DNA from: Terriglobia bacterium
GTDB lineage: Bacteria > Acidobacteriota > Terriglobia > 20CM-2-55-15
NCBI GenBank assembly: GCA_965198225.1
Contig: CBDAOY010000009.1
Location: forward strand, 768,001-832,000
Direction: 5' to 3'
Length of the DNA: 64,000 nt
Below, in pieces: positions 1 to 9,550 of this stretch (position 1 is its first letter; the number at the start of each line of letters is the position of its first letter). A model generated the notes under the pieces. The model was given only the letters and a program-made list of their open reading frames with translations, ran no database searches and was not told the DNA's origin. Position numbers and translations under genes: made by a program.

Positions 1-1265
1 GAGGCTGGTCACCGGACCAGTTCGTCGAAGACAAATCTCCGTTTACGCGGGACGAGCTCGACCAGTACTCGCCGGACAATCCGGTCTATCTCATATTCTC
101 CCGCTCGGACGCCTACATCAACAGCCGGGCCATCGATGCCATCGGCCTCGCAGAGATGAACGAGCCGTGGATTTACCGTGACGCCAACGGCAGAGCCACG
201 GGTCAGATTGCACCGCAGGGTGCGGGCGCCGTGAGGCGGATGGCCAACTTCATCGACGCGCCGAACGGGGCGCGGGCGAACCTGCCGATGGACGTGGTGC
301 GTTCCAGCAGCCTTGCGATGCTCCACGATCTCAACGCCGCGGGTCTGACGGCTTCAGGCGGCGCATGCCAGTGGGATGATCTCTATCGCGAGTTCCAGAA
401 AGAGGGTGTCCAGAGCATGCGGTTTTTCTGCATGCAGGGGCCGAGTGCCGGGCGCGGGCCCGATGCACCTCAGCGTTTTCTCGCCGGACTTTCGGAACTG
501 ACCTGGCACGACGGCGACGAGTGGATGGACAACACCACCCTTGGAGAGAACATTCCGGGCGGCGGTGGCGACAACCTCTACTCGGCAACCCAGGAACCCG
601 TGTCGCAGGAGCAGTGGGATCTGTTCGGTGATCTTGCGCTCGAAGTGGCAAAGACAGGCGCCCAGGCGTTGATCCACACTCAGACCGAGGTTGCGATCGA
701 AGGCAAGATGCGCCAGTTCGAGCGGATAAACGAGATCGTTCCGCTCAGATCCTTACGTTGGGGTCTCATGCATATGGAAGGCGTTACGGTCGATCAAATC
801 GAACGGCTCCGTGATCTGAACATGGTCATCGCGGTGCATCCGCGCGAGATCGTTACTGGAGGGCTGCTGCTTCGGGTATGGGGCGATAAGAAGTACGCGA
901 TGCCGCCGCTGCGAGATATTCAGAACATCGGCATCATGTGGGGCCTCGGTACCGACGCGTTCGAGGTCAATCAGTACCGTCCCTTCCAGACCCTATACTG
1001 GGCCGTGACGGGGAAGATGGTTGGCGGTGACGTAGTCAACACCCACACGGTGACGCGCGAGGAGGCCCTGATCGCCCATACGCGCAGCAACGCCTTTATC
1101 TTGTTCCGCGAGCACGATATCGGCTCGATCCAGGCGGGGCATCTAGCCGACCTGGTCGTGACCGACCGCGACTACCTGACGGTGCCGGCGGATGAGATCA
1201 AGGACATCAATCCGGTCATGACGATGGTGGGCGGCCGGATCGTCTACGATGGGAAAGGCTGGTAA
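1..1265 (+). CDS. Amidohydrolase 3 (YtcJ-like) family protein, 5' end outside window
   Basis: Frame is open from base 3 (GWSPDQFVEDK...); C-terminal motifs LGTDA, GSIQAGHLADLVV and TMVGGRIVY are typical of the family. Confidence 0.85.
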   Translation, partial: GWSPDQFVEDKSPFTRDELDQYSPDNPVYLIFSRSDAYINSRAIDAIGLAEMNEPWIYRDANGRATGQIAPQGAGAVRRMANFIDAPNGARANLPMDVVRSSSLAMLHDLNAAGLTASGGACQWDDLYREFQKEGVQSMRFFCMQGPSAGRGPDAPQRFLAGLSELTWHDGDEWMDNTTLGENIPGGGGDNLYSATQEPVSQEQWDLFGDLALEVAKTGAQALIHTQTEVAIEGKMRQFERINEIVPLRSLRWGLMHMEGVTVDQIERLRDLNMVIAVHPREIVTGGLLLRVWGDKKYAMPPLRDIQNIGIMWGLGTDAFEVNQYRPFQTLYWAVTGKMVGGDVVNTHTVTREEALIAHTRSNAFILFREHDIGSIQAGHLADLVVTDRDYLTVPADEIKDINPVMTMVGGRIVYDGKGW

Positions 1266-1290
1266 CGAATAATCGATTGACGCGAAGGCG

Positions 1291-1310
1291 GAGGGGGCTT
1301 CGGCCCCCTC
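1291..1310 (+). terminator. GC hairpin after amidohydrolase (putative terminator)
   Basis: GAGGGGGC-TTCG-GCCCCCTC perfect stem, 25 bp after the stop; weak U tract. Confidence 0.6.
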
Positions 1311-1393
1311 TCTCATTTCCGGAGTGCCGACGGACCGAATTTGGTAAGCCGGCATCGCGGTAAGGTGGTTTTTCCCGAAAACCCCGTGAATAC

Positions 1394-1477
1394 AGGTCTA
1401 TTCAGATGGCTAGGAGTCTGCGCGGAAGAACGACTTTTTCATTGTGACCACAGCATAGGTCTATTCAGATGGCTAGG
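1394..1477 (+). repeat. 21-bp perfect direct repeat x2
   Basis: AGGTCTATTCAGATGGCTAGG at 1394-1414 and 1457-1477, 42 bp apart. Confidence 0.9.
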
Positions 1478-1488
1478 CGGTTATTCAA

Positions 1489-1540
1489 CCATGTGACTGT
1501 TTGATTGCGACCAACCCCCACCTTACGTAGTATTTACCGA
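1489..1540 (+). promoter_or_regulatory. Putative sigma70 promoter, paralogous to the one upstream of kinase 2
   Basis: CCATGTGACTGTTTGATTGC.ACCAACCCC...CGTAGTATTTA matches 10719-10770; TTGCGA-17 bp-TAGTAT. Confidence 0.55.
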
Positions 1541-1634
1541 GTTCTACAGGGATAGCTCAAGACATAAGAAATGGGGCACGATCAGGCGCTCAAGCGGTTA
1601 GACGCGCCGCCTGTTCGGGCGAAAGGAGAAGAAA

Positions 1635-1850
1635 ATGGCGGAAAGTGTTTACAAGGTTATCGAGCTGGTCGGGAGCAGTTCCGAATCATGGGACAAGGCA
1701 GCCGCAGCAGCCGTCGAGTTGGCCTCGGAGAGTCTGCGGGACTTGCGTGTCGCCGAGGTCTCGCAGTTGGATTTGCAACTGGAGGACGGCAAAGTTCGTG
1801 CCTACCGGGCCAGAGTGAAAGTCTCTTTCAAATACAAAGGTGGTGACTGA
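1635..1850 (+). CDS. Dodecin family flavin-binding protein
   Basis: 71 aa; VYKVIELVGSS..SW..A and YRARVKVSFK signature; AGGAG RBS. Confidence 0.92.
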   Translation: MAESVYKVIELVGSSSESWDKAAAAAVELASESLRDLRVAEVSQLDLQLEDGKVRAYRARVKVSFKYKGGD

Positions 1851-2067
1851 GCCGGTGAGCTCATAGGTCCAGGCGCCCGGGCAAAACTCGGCTCGGGCGC
1901 TGGGCCGGCCCGAAACGAGGTCATGTTTTTCGCAGGGCTTCTTACGACAGGCGGAGGTGAATCGTATGATGACACGCTACGACGCAATCGGCGGCACAGG
2001 ACACCGGCCTTAGCGAACTTTCCCATCTACTGAAACCTCTTCCAACTTCAGTTAAGCAAACCGCCCG

Positions 2068-2177
2068 AACCCACTTGGACGTATCGTCGCCAAACCGGTA
2101 ATGTGCATCGCGGTCGAAAGCTCGCGATTCTCGACGGTTCCACTTTTCCGTATCAGCGGCACATCCACGCGCGGATT
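2068..2177. repeat. Inverted pair of palindromic spacer sites
   Basis: 2068-2109 aacccacttggacgtat-cgtcgcc-aaaccggtaatgtgcat (+); 2138-2177 reads ...gccgct-gatacggaaaagtggaa on the minus strand; followed by GATTGACC. Confidence 0.65.
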
Positions 2178-2227
2178 GACCCGGGCATTTGAACAACAGT
2201 CAATGGCCTTCAGGGGTGTGCAGTGAA

Positions 2228-4672
2228 TCAGCGCAAACGATCGGCGATTCCCTCCACGGTTCCAGAAAGTGCTAGAAACCTTGCTCGCGTCGCATCACTT
2301 TGACCCGCAACTTCTTCAGAGAGCGTATCGGCCAACGAATCGAGCTGGGTCGCGGCTGACTGGTTGCTGCCACCCCCACCGGAGAGCGTATTGTCGGCAA
2401 GATCAAGTGCCTGCCTCAATGCTCCTGACTGCTCGCTCGAAATGAGGTTGGCACGTTCAAGCTGATCGAGGTAGGCGCGTGCGACCACGGGCTCGGCCGG
2501 CCAGGTGTATCGACGTTGCGTTTGTGCATTGACGATGGCATCCGGATCCTGGAACGAGGCCGCGGCTATCTCATCTGCGCTCAGATACTCACTGGGCAGC
2601 AGGGATAATACATCGAGGCCGCGTGCTATTTCAGTTCCATAGATGAGACCACCGAACCAGTATGCGGACCAGTATCCACCCATGACCAGTTCCTCGCCAT
2701 CAATGGGACCGCGGTCAAAGAAGGCAATTTCGACGGGGTTTGAAGAGTCCGTAAAATCTATAACCGAGATGCCTCCCTGGTACCAGGCCTGAACGAAGAT
2801 GTCCCGACCGGGAACAGGTATGAGCGAGCCATTGTGGGCCACGCAGTTTTCCTGCTCCGATTGCGGCGCAGACATCTTGTAATGGCTCCGAAACTGGAGT
2901 TTGCCGTCAACGATGTCGTAGATGGCATCCGCGCCCCAGTCCTGGGGATCAGAGGCACGGCAACGCGGCCGGCCGCCACCGCCCCATTCATCGGTGAAAA
3001 GCACCTTGGTCCCATCATTGTTGAAAGTCGCCGAGTGCCAGTATGCGAATCCTGGGTCAATGACCTGATCCAGACGGACTGGATTGACCGGATCGCTGAT
3101 ATCGAGAAGGATCCCGTTACCAGCGCAGGCTCCGGCAGCCAGTCCGATTTCAGGGTAGGTCGTGATGTCGTGGCACTGGTTGGTCAGCCTCGTAGTCTGG
3201 GTGCCCTCACCGTGATCACCACCTTCCCACAGACCTGCGATGACCCCGGACTCCGGGTCCGAGAAGATGCGGGGACGGTTGACGATGCGCGCCTCTTCGG
3301 GCCGCGCCAGAGGAATCTGGATCACGTCGATACTGAACAGAGCCGTTTCGGAATCCTCAAATGGTGATTCGTCTGAACAACCCTCAAGCTCTTCACCGGA
3401 ACGAACCGAACCGGTGCCCGACGCGTAGACATAGATGCTTCCATCATTGTCAGGATCAGTCACGATGGTATGGGTATGCGATCCTCTGCAGGTTTGCACA
3501 GCCCCGACCTGCCTGGGTGCTCGAAAGTCACTGATGTCGAAGATCCGGATTCCCCGGAATCGATCAGCGCTCTCCGGTTCGGCGACGCCCTGCAGGCCAC
3601 AGTCAAGCCGCCCCCGTGTTTGCTCGACAGAAAAGATGAGGAGATTTCCGACGACCGACACATCACCCTGTCCACCAGGGCATACAACAGAACTCACCAG
3701 TTCAGGCAAGCCGGGCACCCCGATGTTATAGGCGTTGAAACCGTGATAGTTCCCTGCAACAAGCACATCGCCTGCAAAGGCCATGTCACTGTTGCCAAAA
3801 TTAAGAATGCTGGGCCGCAGCTCCTGGGCTCCACCAGCTTCCGCATCCTCTGCGCTCGATGTTTCGGCTCCCGGTTCCGGCCTGTTCAATGGCAGCCCGC
3901 CGGGATTCGAGGGATCGAAGAATCCGTCCGGTTTGGAAAGAGCAGAAACAAGTTCCATATTCATTAGAGCCTGGCCAGCATCCTCAAAACCTGCGCTCAG
4001 GTTGACTCTCGGGTCGGGAGAAAATCCAGTCAGCATGGAGAGCATGCGATCGATTTCACTGGTCTGATCCGATGTGATGTCTGCGGTAAAGGCAAAGAGC
4101 ACCGAATCCTGGGCCGACCCAGATTGATCCAGAAGATTCTCGACCATGGTCAGGGCGCCTTCATGATGCATGATCATCAGCTCAAGAAACAGGGAGTCAA
4201 ATTCGGATCCGTCGCTCTGCTCAAGTTGTTCCAGCTCGTCAACGCTCAACATGCCTGGCATCAAACGAAATCCCGGAGCAAGGTGCTCATCTACGGCGGT
4301 TACGTGGAGATTCCGATCACCCAGCCAGCCCTGCATCATGGCTATTTCGTCTTCCTGCGAAAGAGTGATGCGCTGAGACAGGAGCTCCATCGCTTCGCGG
4401 TTGGTCCTGGAATCGACAAACACCGTCATCTCCAGAGCCTGTGCATGATGGGAGATCATCCCTTGCATGAAGCGTACGTCGGCCTCGGTAAACTCGATGC
4501 TGGCGAGATCGGATGCCTCCGCCACAGAAATCTCCCGGCTTGGCTGCCCCGGAATGCCAGGCTGAATGATTGGTGCCTGTGCCATGCTTCCAGTAACCCC
4601 CAACAGAATCAGGGCAACAATGCCTACCGTGTACGTGCTCAGACGAGGGACGAATGACGAGGACTTGGTCAT
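2228..4672 (-). CDS. Secreted DUF305 (ferritin-like) plus LVIVD-repeat beta-propeller protein
   Basis: Signal peptide; FMQGMISHHAQAL and MIMHHEGAL (DUF305); CPGGQGDVSV, QTCRGSHTHT and CVAHNGS in the LVIVD region; start moved to the ATG with a GGAGA RBS. Confidence 0.85.
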   Translation of the reverse strand: MTKSSSFVPRLSTYTVGIVALILLGVTGSMAQAPIIQPGIPGQPSREISVAEASDLASIEFTEADVRFMQGMISHHAQALEMTVFVDSRTNREAMELLSQRITLSQEDEIAMMQGWLGDRNLHVTAVDEHLAPGFRLMPGMLSVDELEQLEQSDGSEFDSLFLELMIMHHEGALTMVENLLDQSGSAQDSVLFAFTADITSDQTSEIDRMLSMLTGFSPDPRVNLSAGFEDAGQALMNMELVSALSKPDGFFDPSNPGGLPLNRPEPGAETSSAEDAEAGGAQELRPSILNFGNSDMAFAGDVLVAGNYHGFNAYNIGVPGLPELVSSVVCPGGQGDVSVVGNLLIFSVEQTRGRLDCGLQGVAEPESADRFRGIRIFDISDFRAPRQVGAVQTCRGSHTHTIVTDPDNDGSIYVYASGTGSVRSGEELEGCSDESPFEDSETALFSIDVIQIPLARPEEARIVNRPRIFSDPESGVIAGLWEGGDHGEGTQTTRLTNQCHDITTYPEIGLAAGACAGNGILLDISDPVNPVRLDQVIDPGFAYWHSATFNNDGTKVLFTDEWGGGGRPRCRASDPQDWGADAIYDIVDGKLQFRSHYKMSAPQSEQENCVAHNGSLIPVPGRDIFVQAWYQGGISVIDFTDSSNPVEIAFFDRGPIDGEELVMGGYWSAYWFGGLIYGTEIARGLDVLSLLPSEYLSADEIAAASFQDPDAIVNAQTQRRYTWPAEPVVARAYLDQLERANLISSEQSGALRQALDLADNTLSGGGGSNQSAATQLDSLADTLSEEVAGQSDATRARFLALSGTVEGIADRLR

Positions 4673-4859
4673 GATTATCTCTCCAGCAGAAGTATTCATT
4701 GCGAACTTGCTACAAGACCGGCTGGGCCTTCGGTTTTTAATTTCAAAAAGAATAAAAGAGATTTAGAGTTCATGCCACCCTGTAATACCTGAAGTTCTCC
4801 CTTATCTCATTGCGACGCACAACGCCGGCGGCGAACGTGACCGTATTCGAAGGGGGCGC

Positions 4860-5020
4860 GCAACATCTCTGTGTCGACTGGGAAGCCTTCCGTCGAACGA
4901 AAAAACGCCATTCATCAAGGATCACGACTCTCGCACGAATTCCACGGACGGCAGCCGGGCGGCACGGATAGATAGCCAAGACCGCGTTGTTTTGAAGTGT
5001 CAGCGTAGCTTTCAACCTAG
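4860..5020 (-). pseudogene. Fragment resembling a phage terminase large-subunit ATPase (Walker B region)
   Basis: TLTLQNNAVLAIYPCRPAAVRGIRARVVILDEW resembles the terminase RG...hhhDE motif; no complete gene. Confidence 0.5.
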
Positions 5021-5125
5021 GAGCCCATACAGGGCAGAGAGAAACACCAGCCACAGTCGCCACGTGCTCAAGTCACGGAAGGTAGGCAATGCGCCCAGGG
5101 CGCGATCGTTTCGCCAGACTGTTTC

Positions 5126-5275
5126 AATCCGCTCGGACGTATGGTCGCCATCACGTACATGTGAAAAAGACCGGCCATAGCCTCGGTCCGACTACAGGCA
5201 GATGGAAGAGTACGCGGTTACCCAGGATGTGACCTTCTGATTGACCTCAAGTTGCTAACGTAGTTTTATTTACGG
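5126..5275 (+). promoter_or_regulatory. Kinase upstream spacer module (palindromic site plus TGATTGACC promoter-like motif)
   Basis: aatccgctcggacgtat-ggtcgcc-atcacgtacatgtgaaa at 5126-5166; gatgtgaccttctgattgacctcaa...cgtagttttatt directly before the GTG start. Confidence 0.65.
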
Positions 5276-7972
5276 GTGATCCAACCCGGCCAGAACCTCG
5301 CACACTACGAAATACTCTCCCCGCTCGGCAAAGGCGGCATGGGGGAGGTGTGGAAGGCCAAGGACACAAAACTCGGACGTGAGGTCGCCATAAAGACGCT
5401 CCCCGAAGAGTTCGCCAAAGACGAAGAACGACTGGCCCGGTCTGAACGGGAGGCCAAGCTCCTGGCGTCGTTGAACCATCCCAACATCGCTGCGATCTAC
5501 GGTTTGGAAGAAGACAACGGCACCCGTTTCCTCGTCCTCGAACTGGTTGACGGAGACACGTTGGCGGAGCGATTGAAACGCGGTGCCATCCCAGTCGAAG
5601 AGTCGCTCAAACTCGGACTTCAAATCGCAGAAGCACTCGAAGCAGCACATGAAAAGGGCGTCATCCATCGTGATCTAAAACCGGCAAATATCAAGGTCAC
5701 ACCCGAGGGCAAGCTGAAGGTGCTGGACTTCGGGTTGGCGAAGGTGTTTGCGGAGGGCCAGGCTGATTTGAACCTGTCTCAGTCACCGACGTTGAGCATG
5801 GCCGTGACACAGCAAGGTGTGATCCTGGGGACAGCGGCGTACATGAGTCCCGAACAGGCACGGGGCAAGACTGTGGACACACGTGCGGACATCTGGGCCT
5901 TCGGGTGCGTGCTTTATGAGATGCTCACCGGCCGCCAGACGTGGGGCGGCGAAACCTTGACAGATATGATTGCTGCCGCCGTCGCGAAGGATCCCAACTG
6001 GAACGTTCTCCCTGTGGATCTCCATGCAAGAGTTCAAGAGCTACTCCGACGCTGTCTGGAGAAGGAAGCGAAGAACCGGTGGCAGGCTTCCGGGGATGTG
6101 CGGATTGAGATTGAACAGTTGTTGAGCAATCCAAACGGTCTGTTGGTGCAGCCGATTGCTCAAGTTGTCGAGGCAGCACTCCCGTCGAAACTGCCGTGGG
6201 TCGCGGCTGCAGTCGCCACGGTCGCCGCAATCGTGTTCGGTATTGCTTTGTGGCTTCCGTCGCAGCCGGAAGACCTACCGCTTGTGCGTCTGGATGTCGA
6301 CCTGGGGCAGGAGGTTTCACTGGGTGCAATCAACGGCCGCAGCGTCATCATGACTCCTGACGGGACGCGTATCGCGTATGTGGCCAGCGTCTCGGGCGGC
6401 CAGAGGCGGCTCTATACGCGGCGTCTCGATCAAGCCGACCCGACCGAACTCTCTGGAACCGACAGCGCCACCCTACCCTTCTTTTCTCCCGACGGAAAGT
6501 GGATTGGGTTCTTTGCCTCAGGCACGCTTAACAAGATTTCGGTGGAAGGCGGCGCGGTCGTTCCCCTGCGCGACGGGCCGTTTGCTGGAGGGAGCTGGGG
6601 AGAGGACGGAATCATCGTCTTCAGCCAGCCGCTCCCCGGGGGTCTCATGGCGATTCCCGAGGACGGGGGCGATGTCACGAGTCTGACGCCTCTGGATCAG
6701 GGAGAATTGGCCTTCGCCGAGCCGCAGATCCTGCCGGGTGGCCAGGCCGTATTGTTCTCGACCGCGGGATTCTCAGGCGGCGACCGCAATGTCGAGATCT
6801 TCTCTTTCGCTGACGGGGTTCGCAAGACCCTCGTCCGGGGAGCGACGAGCCCGGCGTATCTTCCCAGCGGCCATCTGGTGTACAACAGCGGCGGTACGCT
6901 GTTTGCCACACTGTTTGATCTGGACGCTCTGGAGACTCTTGGCTCCAGAGTGCCGGTTCTTGGTGACTTGGGAACTGATCCAAGCGGCGATACCTCGATG
7001 ACTTTCTCTCGAGACGGCGCCGTTGTGTACCGGAGCGGTGGTGAAGCGGCGGCGAAGTTCGCTCAGAGTACAGTCGAATGGCTCGACAGTGAAGGCAACC
7101 GCGACCCCCTGATCTCGACCGCCGGCGGATATCTGACCCCGCGGCTCTCACCGGACGCCGAGCAGGTGGTACTGACAACCATCGAAGGAAGCGACGTACG
7201 CGTATCGGTCTACGACCTCGAACGCGACAATATGACGCGATTGACGTTTGACGACGGCTTTTATTCCTCGCCCGTCTGGAGCCCCGACCAGCAAAACGTT
7301 GTTTTTGGGGCGATGGGAGTCGGTCTCCTCCAGGCGCGGGTGGACGGAGCCGGCCCACCCCAGCCGCTGTTGGAAACAAACGTAGCATTACTCCCGTTTT
7401 CATTCGCCCCTGACCAGCGACTGGCATATTTCGAGGCAGGTGAAGGAGGAGGCGACATTCGAACCGTAGCCGTGGAGGACAACGGCAATCGGTTGACGGC
7501 GGGTGAGCCCGAGGCGTTTCTAGCCACCCCTTTTAACGAGGCTCCAAACAGGTTTTCCCCCGACGGGCGGTGGCTGGCGTATCAATCGAACGAGTCGGGC
7601 CAGAACGAAGTGAGTGTGCGAGCCTTTCCGCCGCCGTCTTCGGGGGAAGGCGCTCGGTTTCCGATCTCTAACGGCGGTGGGTACTTTGCGGTATGGTCGC
7701 CCAACTCTCCTGAACTCTTCTACCGTTCCCTTGAAGACCAGATCATGGTCGTCGACTGGCGGGTGGAGGGCGACCGGTTCATCGCCGACCGGCCCCGCGT
7801 GTGGGCGGCAGACCCCGGCGGGCAGTTCTGGGACATGGCCCCGGACGGACGGGCATTGCTGACGGTCCGCGTAGAAACGGACGAAGCACAGGAAGAACCC
7901 GAGGCGGACCATCACGTCGTGTTCTTGGGGAACTTCTTCGACTATCTTCGCCGCGAAGTGCCGGTGCCTTAG
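5276..7972 (+). CDS. Receptor-type Ser/Thr protein kinase with TM and TolB-like (PD40) beta-propeller (kinase 1)
   Basis: GKGGMG, VAIK, HRDLKPAN, DFG, YMSPE; TM WVAAAVATVAAIVFGIALW; repeated FSPDG/WSPD motifs. Confidence 0.95.
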   Translation: MIQPGQNLAHYEILSPLGKGGMGEVWKAKDTKLGREVAIKTLPEEFAKDEERLARSEREAKLLASLNHPNIAAIYGLEEDNGTRFLVLELVDGDTLAERLKRGAIPVEESLKLGLQIAEALEAAHEKGVIHRDLKPANIKVTPEGKLKVLDFGLAKVFAEGQADLNLSQSPTLSMAVTQQGVILGTAAYMSPEQARGKTVDTRADIWAFGCVLYEMLTGRQTWGGETLTDMIAAAVAKDPNWNVLPVDLHARVQELLRRCLEKEAKNRWQASGDVRIEIEQLLSNPNGLLVQPIAQVVEAALPSKLPWVAAAVATVAAIVFGIALWLPSQPEDLPLVRLDVDLGQEVSLGAINGRSVIMTPDGTRIAYVASVSGGQRRLYTRRLDQADPTELSGTDSATLPFFSPDGKWIGFFASGTLNKISVEGGAVVPLRDGPFAGGSWGEDGIIVFSQPLPGGLMAIPEDGGDVTSLTPLDQGELAFAEPQILPGGQAVLFSTAGFSGGDRNVEIFSFADGVRKTLVRGATSPAYLPSGHLVYNSGGTLFATLFDLDALETLGSRVPVLGDLGTDPSGDTSMTFSRDGAVVYRSGGEAAAKFAQSTVEWLDSEGNRDPLISTAGGYLTPRLSPDAEQVVLTTIEGSDVRVSVYDLERDNMTRLTFDDGFYSSPVWSPDQQNVVFGAMGVGLLQARVDGAGPPQPLLETNVALLPFSFAPDQRLAYFEAGEGGGDIRTVAVEDNGNRLTAGEPEAFLATPFNEAPNRFSPDGRWLAYQSNESGQNEVSVRAFPPPSSGEGARFPISNGGGYFAVWSPNSPELFYRSLEDQIMVVDWRVEGDRFIADRPRVWAADPGGQFWDMAPDGRALLTVRVETDEAQEEPEADHHVVFLGNFFDYLRREVPVP

Positions 7973-8380
7973 GCTCTCCGTCTCGCTGGCCGAACTCCGA
8001 GCACGGTTGTAGGAATTCCACTTGGCCGTATGGTCGTTAGCGTTCATCGGAAGTGCCGCGGCGAGCGCGGCCACAGGATGAGCGAGAAGTTCCCACCGCG
8101 GCAGTTTCGATAACAAGACTTGAAGGAGGGCGCTGGCCGAATGCGGCGGACGCGGTGGGCTATGGAGAAAGTAGCCGGAAGCGGGCCGGATCTGGAGTGG
8201 CGTTGGGGCGAGGAGGGGGACCGGCGGTCGATGACCGCGTCGATGGTGTGAATCGGAAAGCAGTTGGGTCGGGGAATCGGTGGGTTGAAAGGACGGGATC
8301 TGAGGGGATTTTGCAGCGGAGGCACACTCCGGCGAGGACGTGGCTGAACCGCACGTCGGTCGTCGGTTTGTGAAGGAGGA

Positions 8381-9550
8381 TTAGGACGTATCGCATTGGA
8401 AGGCGAGCCTCGCTACGAGTTGCAGAGCGGTGAAGCGTTGGATGAGAGTCATCGGTCCCTGACAGTGCGGACACGACCAGGAAGAGTTCGAGGTGGTGGT
8501 TTCGTCAGATTCGACCCTCGGCATGGCATCGAGGAGTTGGCGACAGAGAGCGAAGGCGGCCGACCGGCGGTAGTTGGCCATGAATCCGAAGTGTCGGATG
8601 CGGACGAAGCCCTTCGGCAGAACGTGCAATAAGAACCGTCGGATGAACTCGTCGGCCGCGAGTGTCATGATGCGACTCTTGTTGCCATTGCGGTAATCCC
8701 GCCAACGGAACCGGACCCGGTTACCGTCAAACGAGATCAATCGATGGTTGGAGATGGCGACCCGATGGGTGTAGCGGCCCAGGTAGCGGAGCACCTGTTC
8801 GGGGCCACCAAAGGGTCGTTTGATATAGACGACCCAGTTGCGGGAATGGATCTGGCGGCGGAACCGCCGAAAGTGTTGCGGTTCGCCGAAGGGTCGAATC
8901 GAGCCGGACAGTTCGAGCGAACCGTCGGCGATCGCTCGCCCGAGCCCGTCGATGAACTTGCCACGGAAGACTCGGGCGAGCACCTGCTTGGGGAGGAAGA
9001 AGCGCCCAGAACCCGGAATCCAACGGGACTGATCCGGAGCCAGTCCGCCGGCCGGTACCACGCAGTGGATGTGGGGATGGAACTCCAGGTTCTGACTCCA
9101 GGTATGCAGGATGCCGAAGAAGCCGATCCGGGCGCCGAGTCGTTTCGGATTGGCCGCCACCTCGATCATCGTGTCGGCCACGCTGCGAAACAGCAGGCTG
9201 TAGAGTAGGGCAGGGTTGTGGAAGAAGAACGGATGGAACTGGTGCGGGACGGTGAACACGACGTGGAAGTAGGGGGTGGGCAGCAGTTCGGCTTCTCGTG
9301 CTTCGAGCCACCGTCGTCGGGCCTGGGTCTGACACTTCGGGCAGTGGCGGTTGCGGCAGGAGTTGAACGAGATTCCGGACTCCCGGCCACAATCGGCACA
9401 CCGGTCGATGTGGCCACCCAGAGCCGCAGTACGACAGTTCAGGATGGCGCGCAGGACCTTGAGCTTCTGGATGCCGAGGCGGTGACGCTGGAGGAAACCT
9501 CGAACCCGGGCGCGGACGATGTCGGCCACCTCGACGGCGGGCCGGCTCAT
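8381..9550 (-). CDS. IS91 family (HUH, Y2) transposase
   Basis: Cys-rich zinc-binding N-terminus (SCRNRHCPKC), HPHIH HUH motif, YLGRY; start overlaps the integrase stop (ATGA). Confidence 0.93.
   Translation of the reverse strand: MSRPAVEVADIVRARVRGFLQRHRLGIQKLKVLRAILNCRTAALGGHIDRCADCGRESGISFNSCRNRHCPKCQTQARRRWLEAREAELLPTPYFHVVFTVPHQFHPFFFHNPALLYSLLFRSVADTMIEVAANPKRLGARIGFFGILHTWSQNLEFHPHIHCVVPAGGLAPDQSRWIPGSGRFFLPKQVLARVFRGKFIDGLGRAIADGSLELSGSIRPFGEPQHFRRFRRQIHSRNWVVYIKRPFGGPEQVLRYLGRYTHRVAISNHRLISFDGNRVRFRWRDYRNGNKSRIMTLAADEFIRRFLLHVLPKGFVRIRHFGFMANYRRSAAFALCRQLLDAMPRVESDETTTSNSSWSCPHCQGPMTLIQRFTALQLVARLAFQCDTS

Noticed and set aside
1394-1477. Mini CRISPR array
   Set aside because: Only two 21-bp repeats and no cas genes in the window
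2068-2177. Canonical XerC/D dif sites
   Set aside because: No resemblance to the TTATGTTAAAT XerD arm; arms are longer and GC-richer
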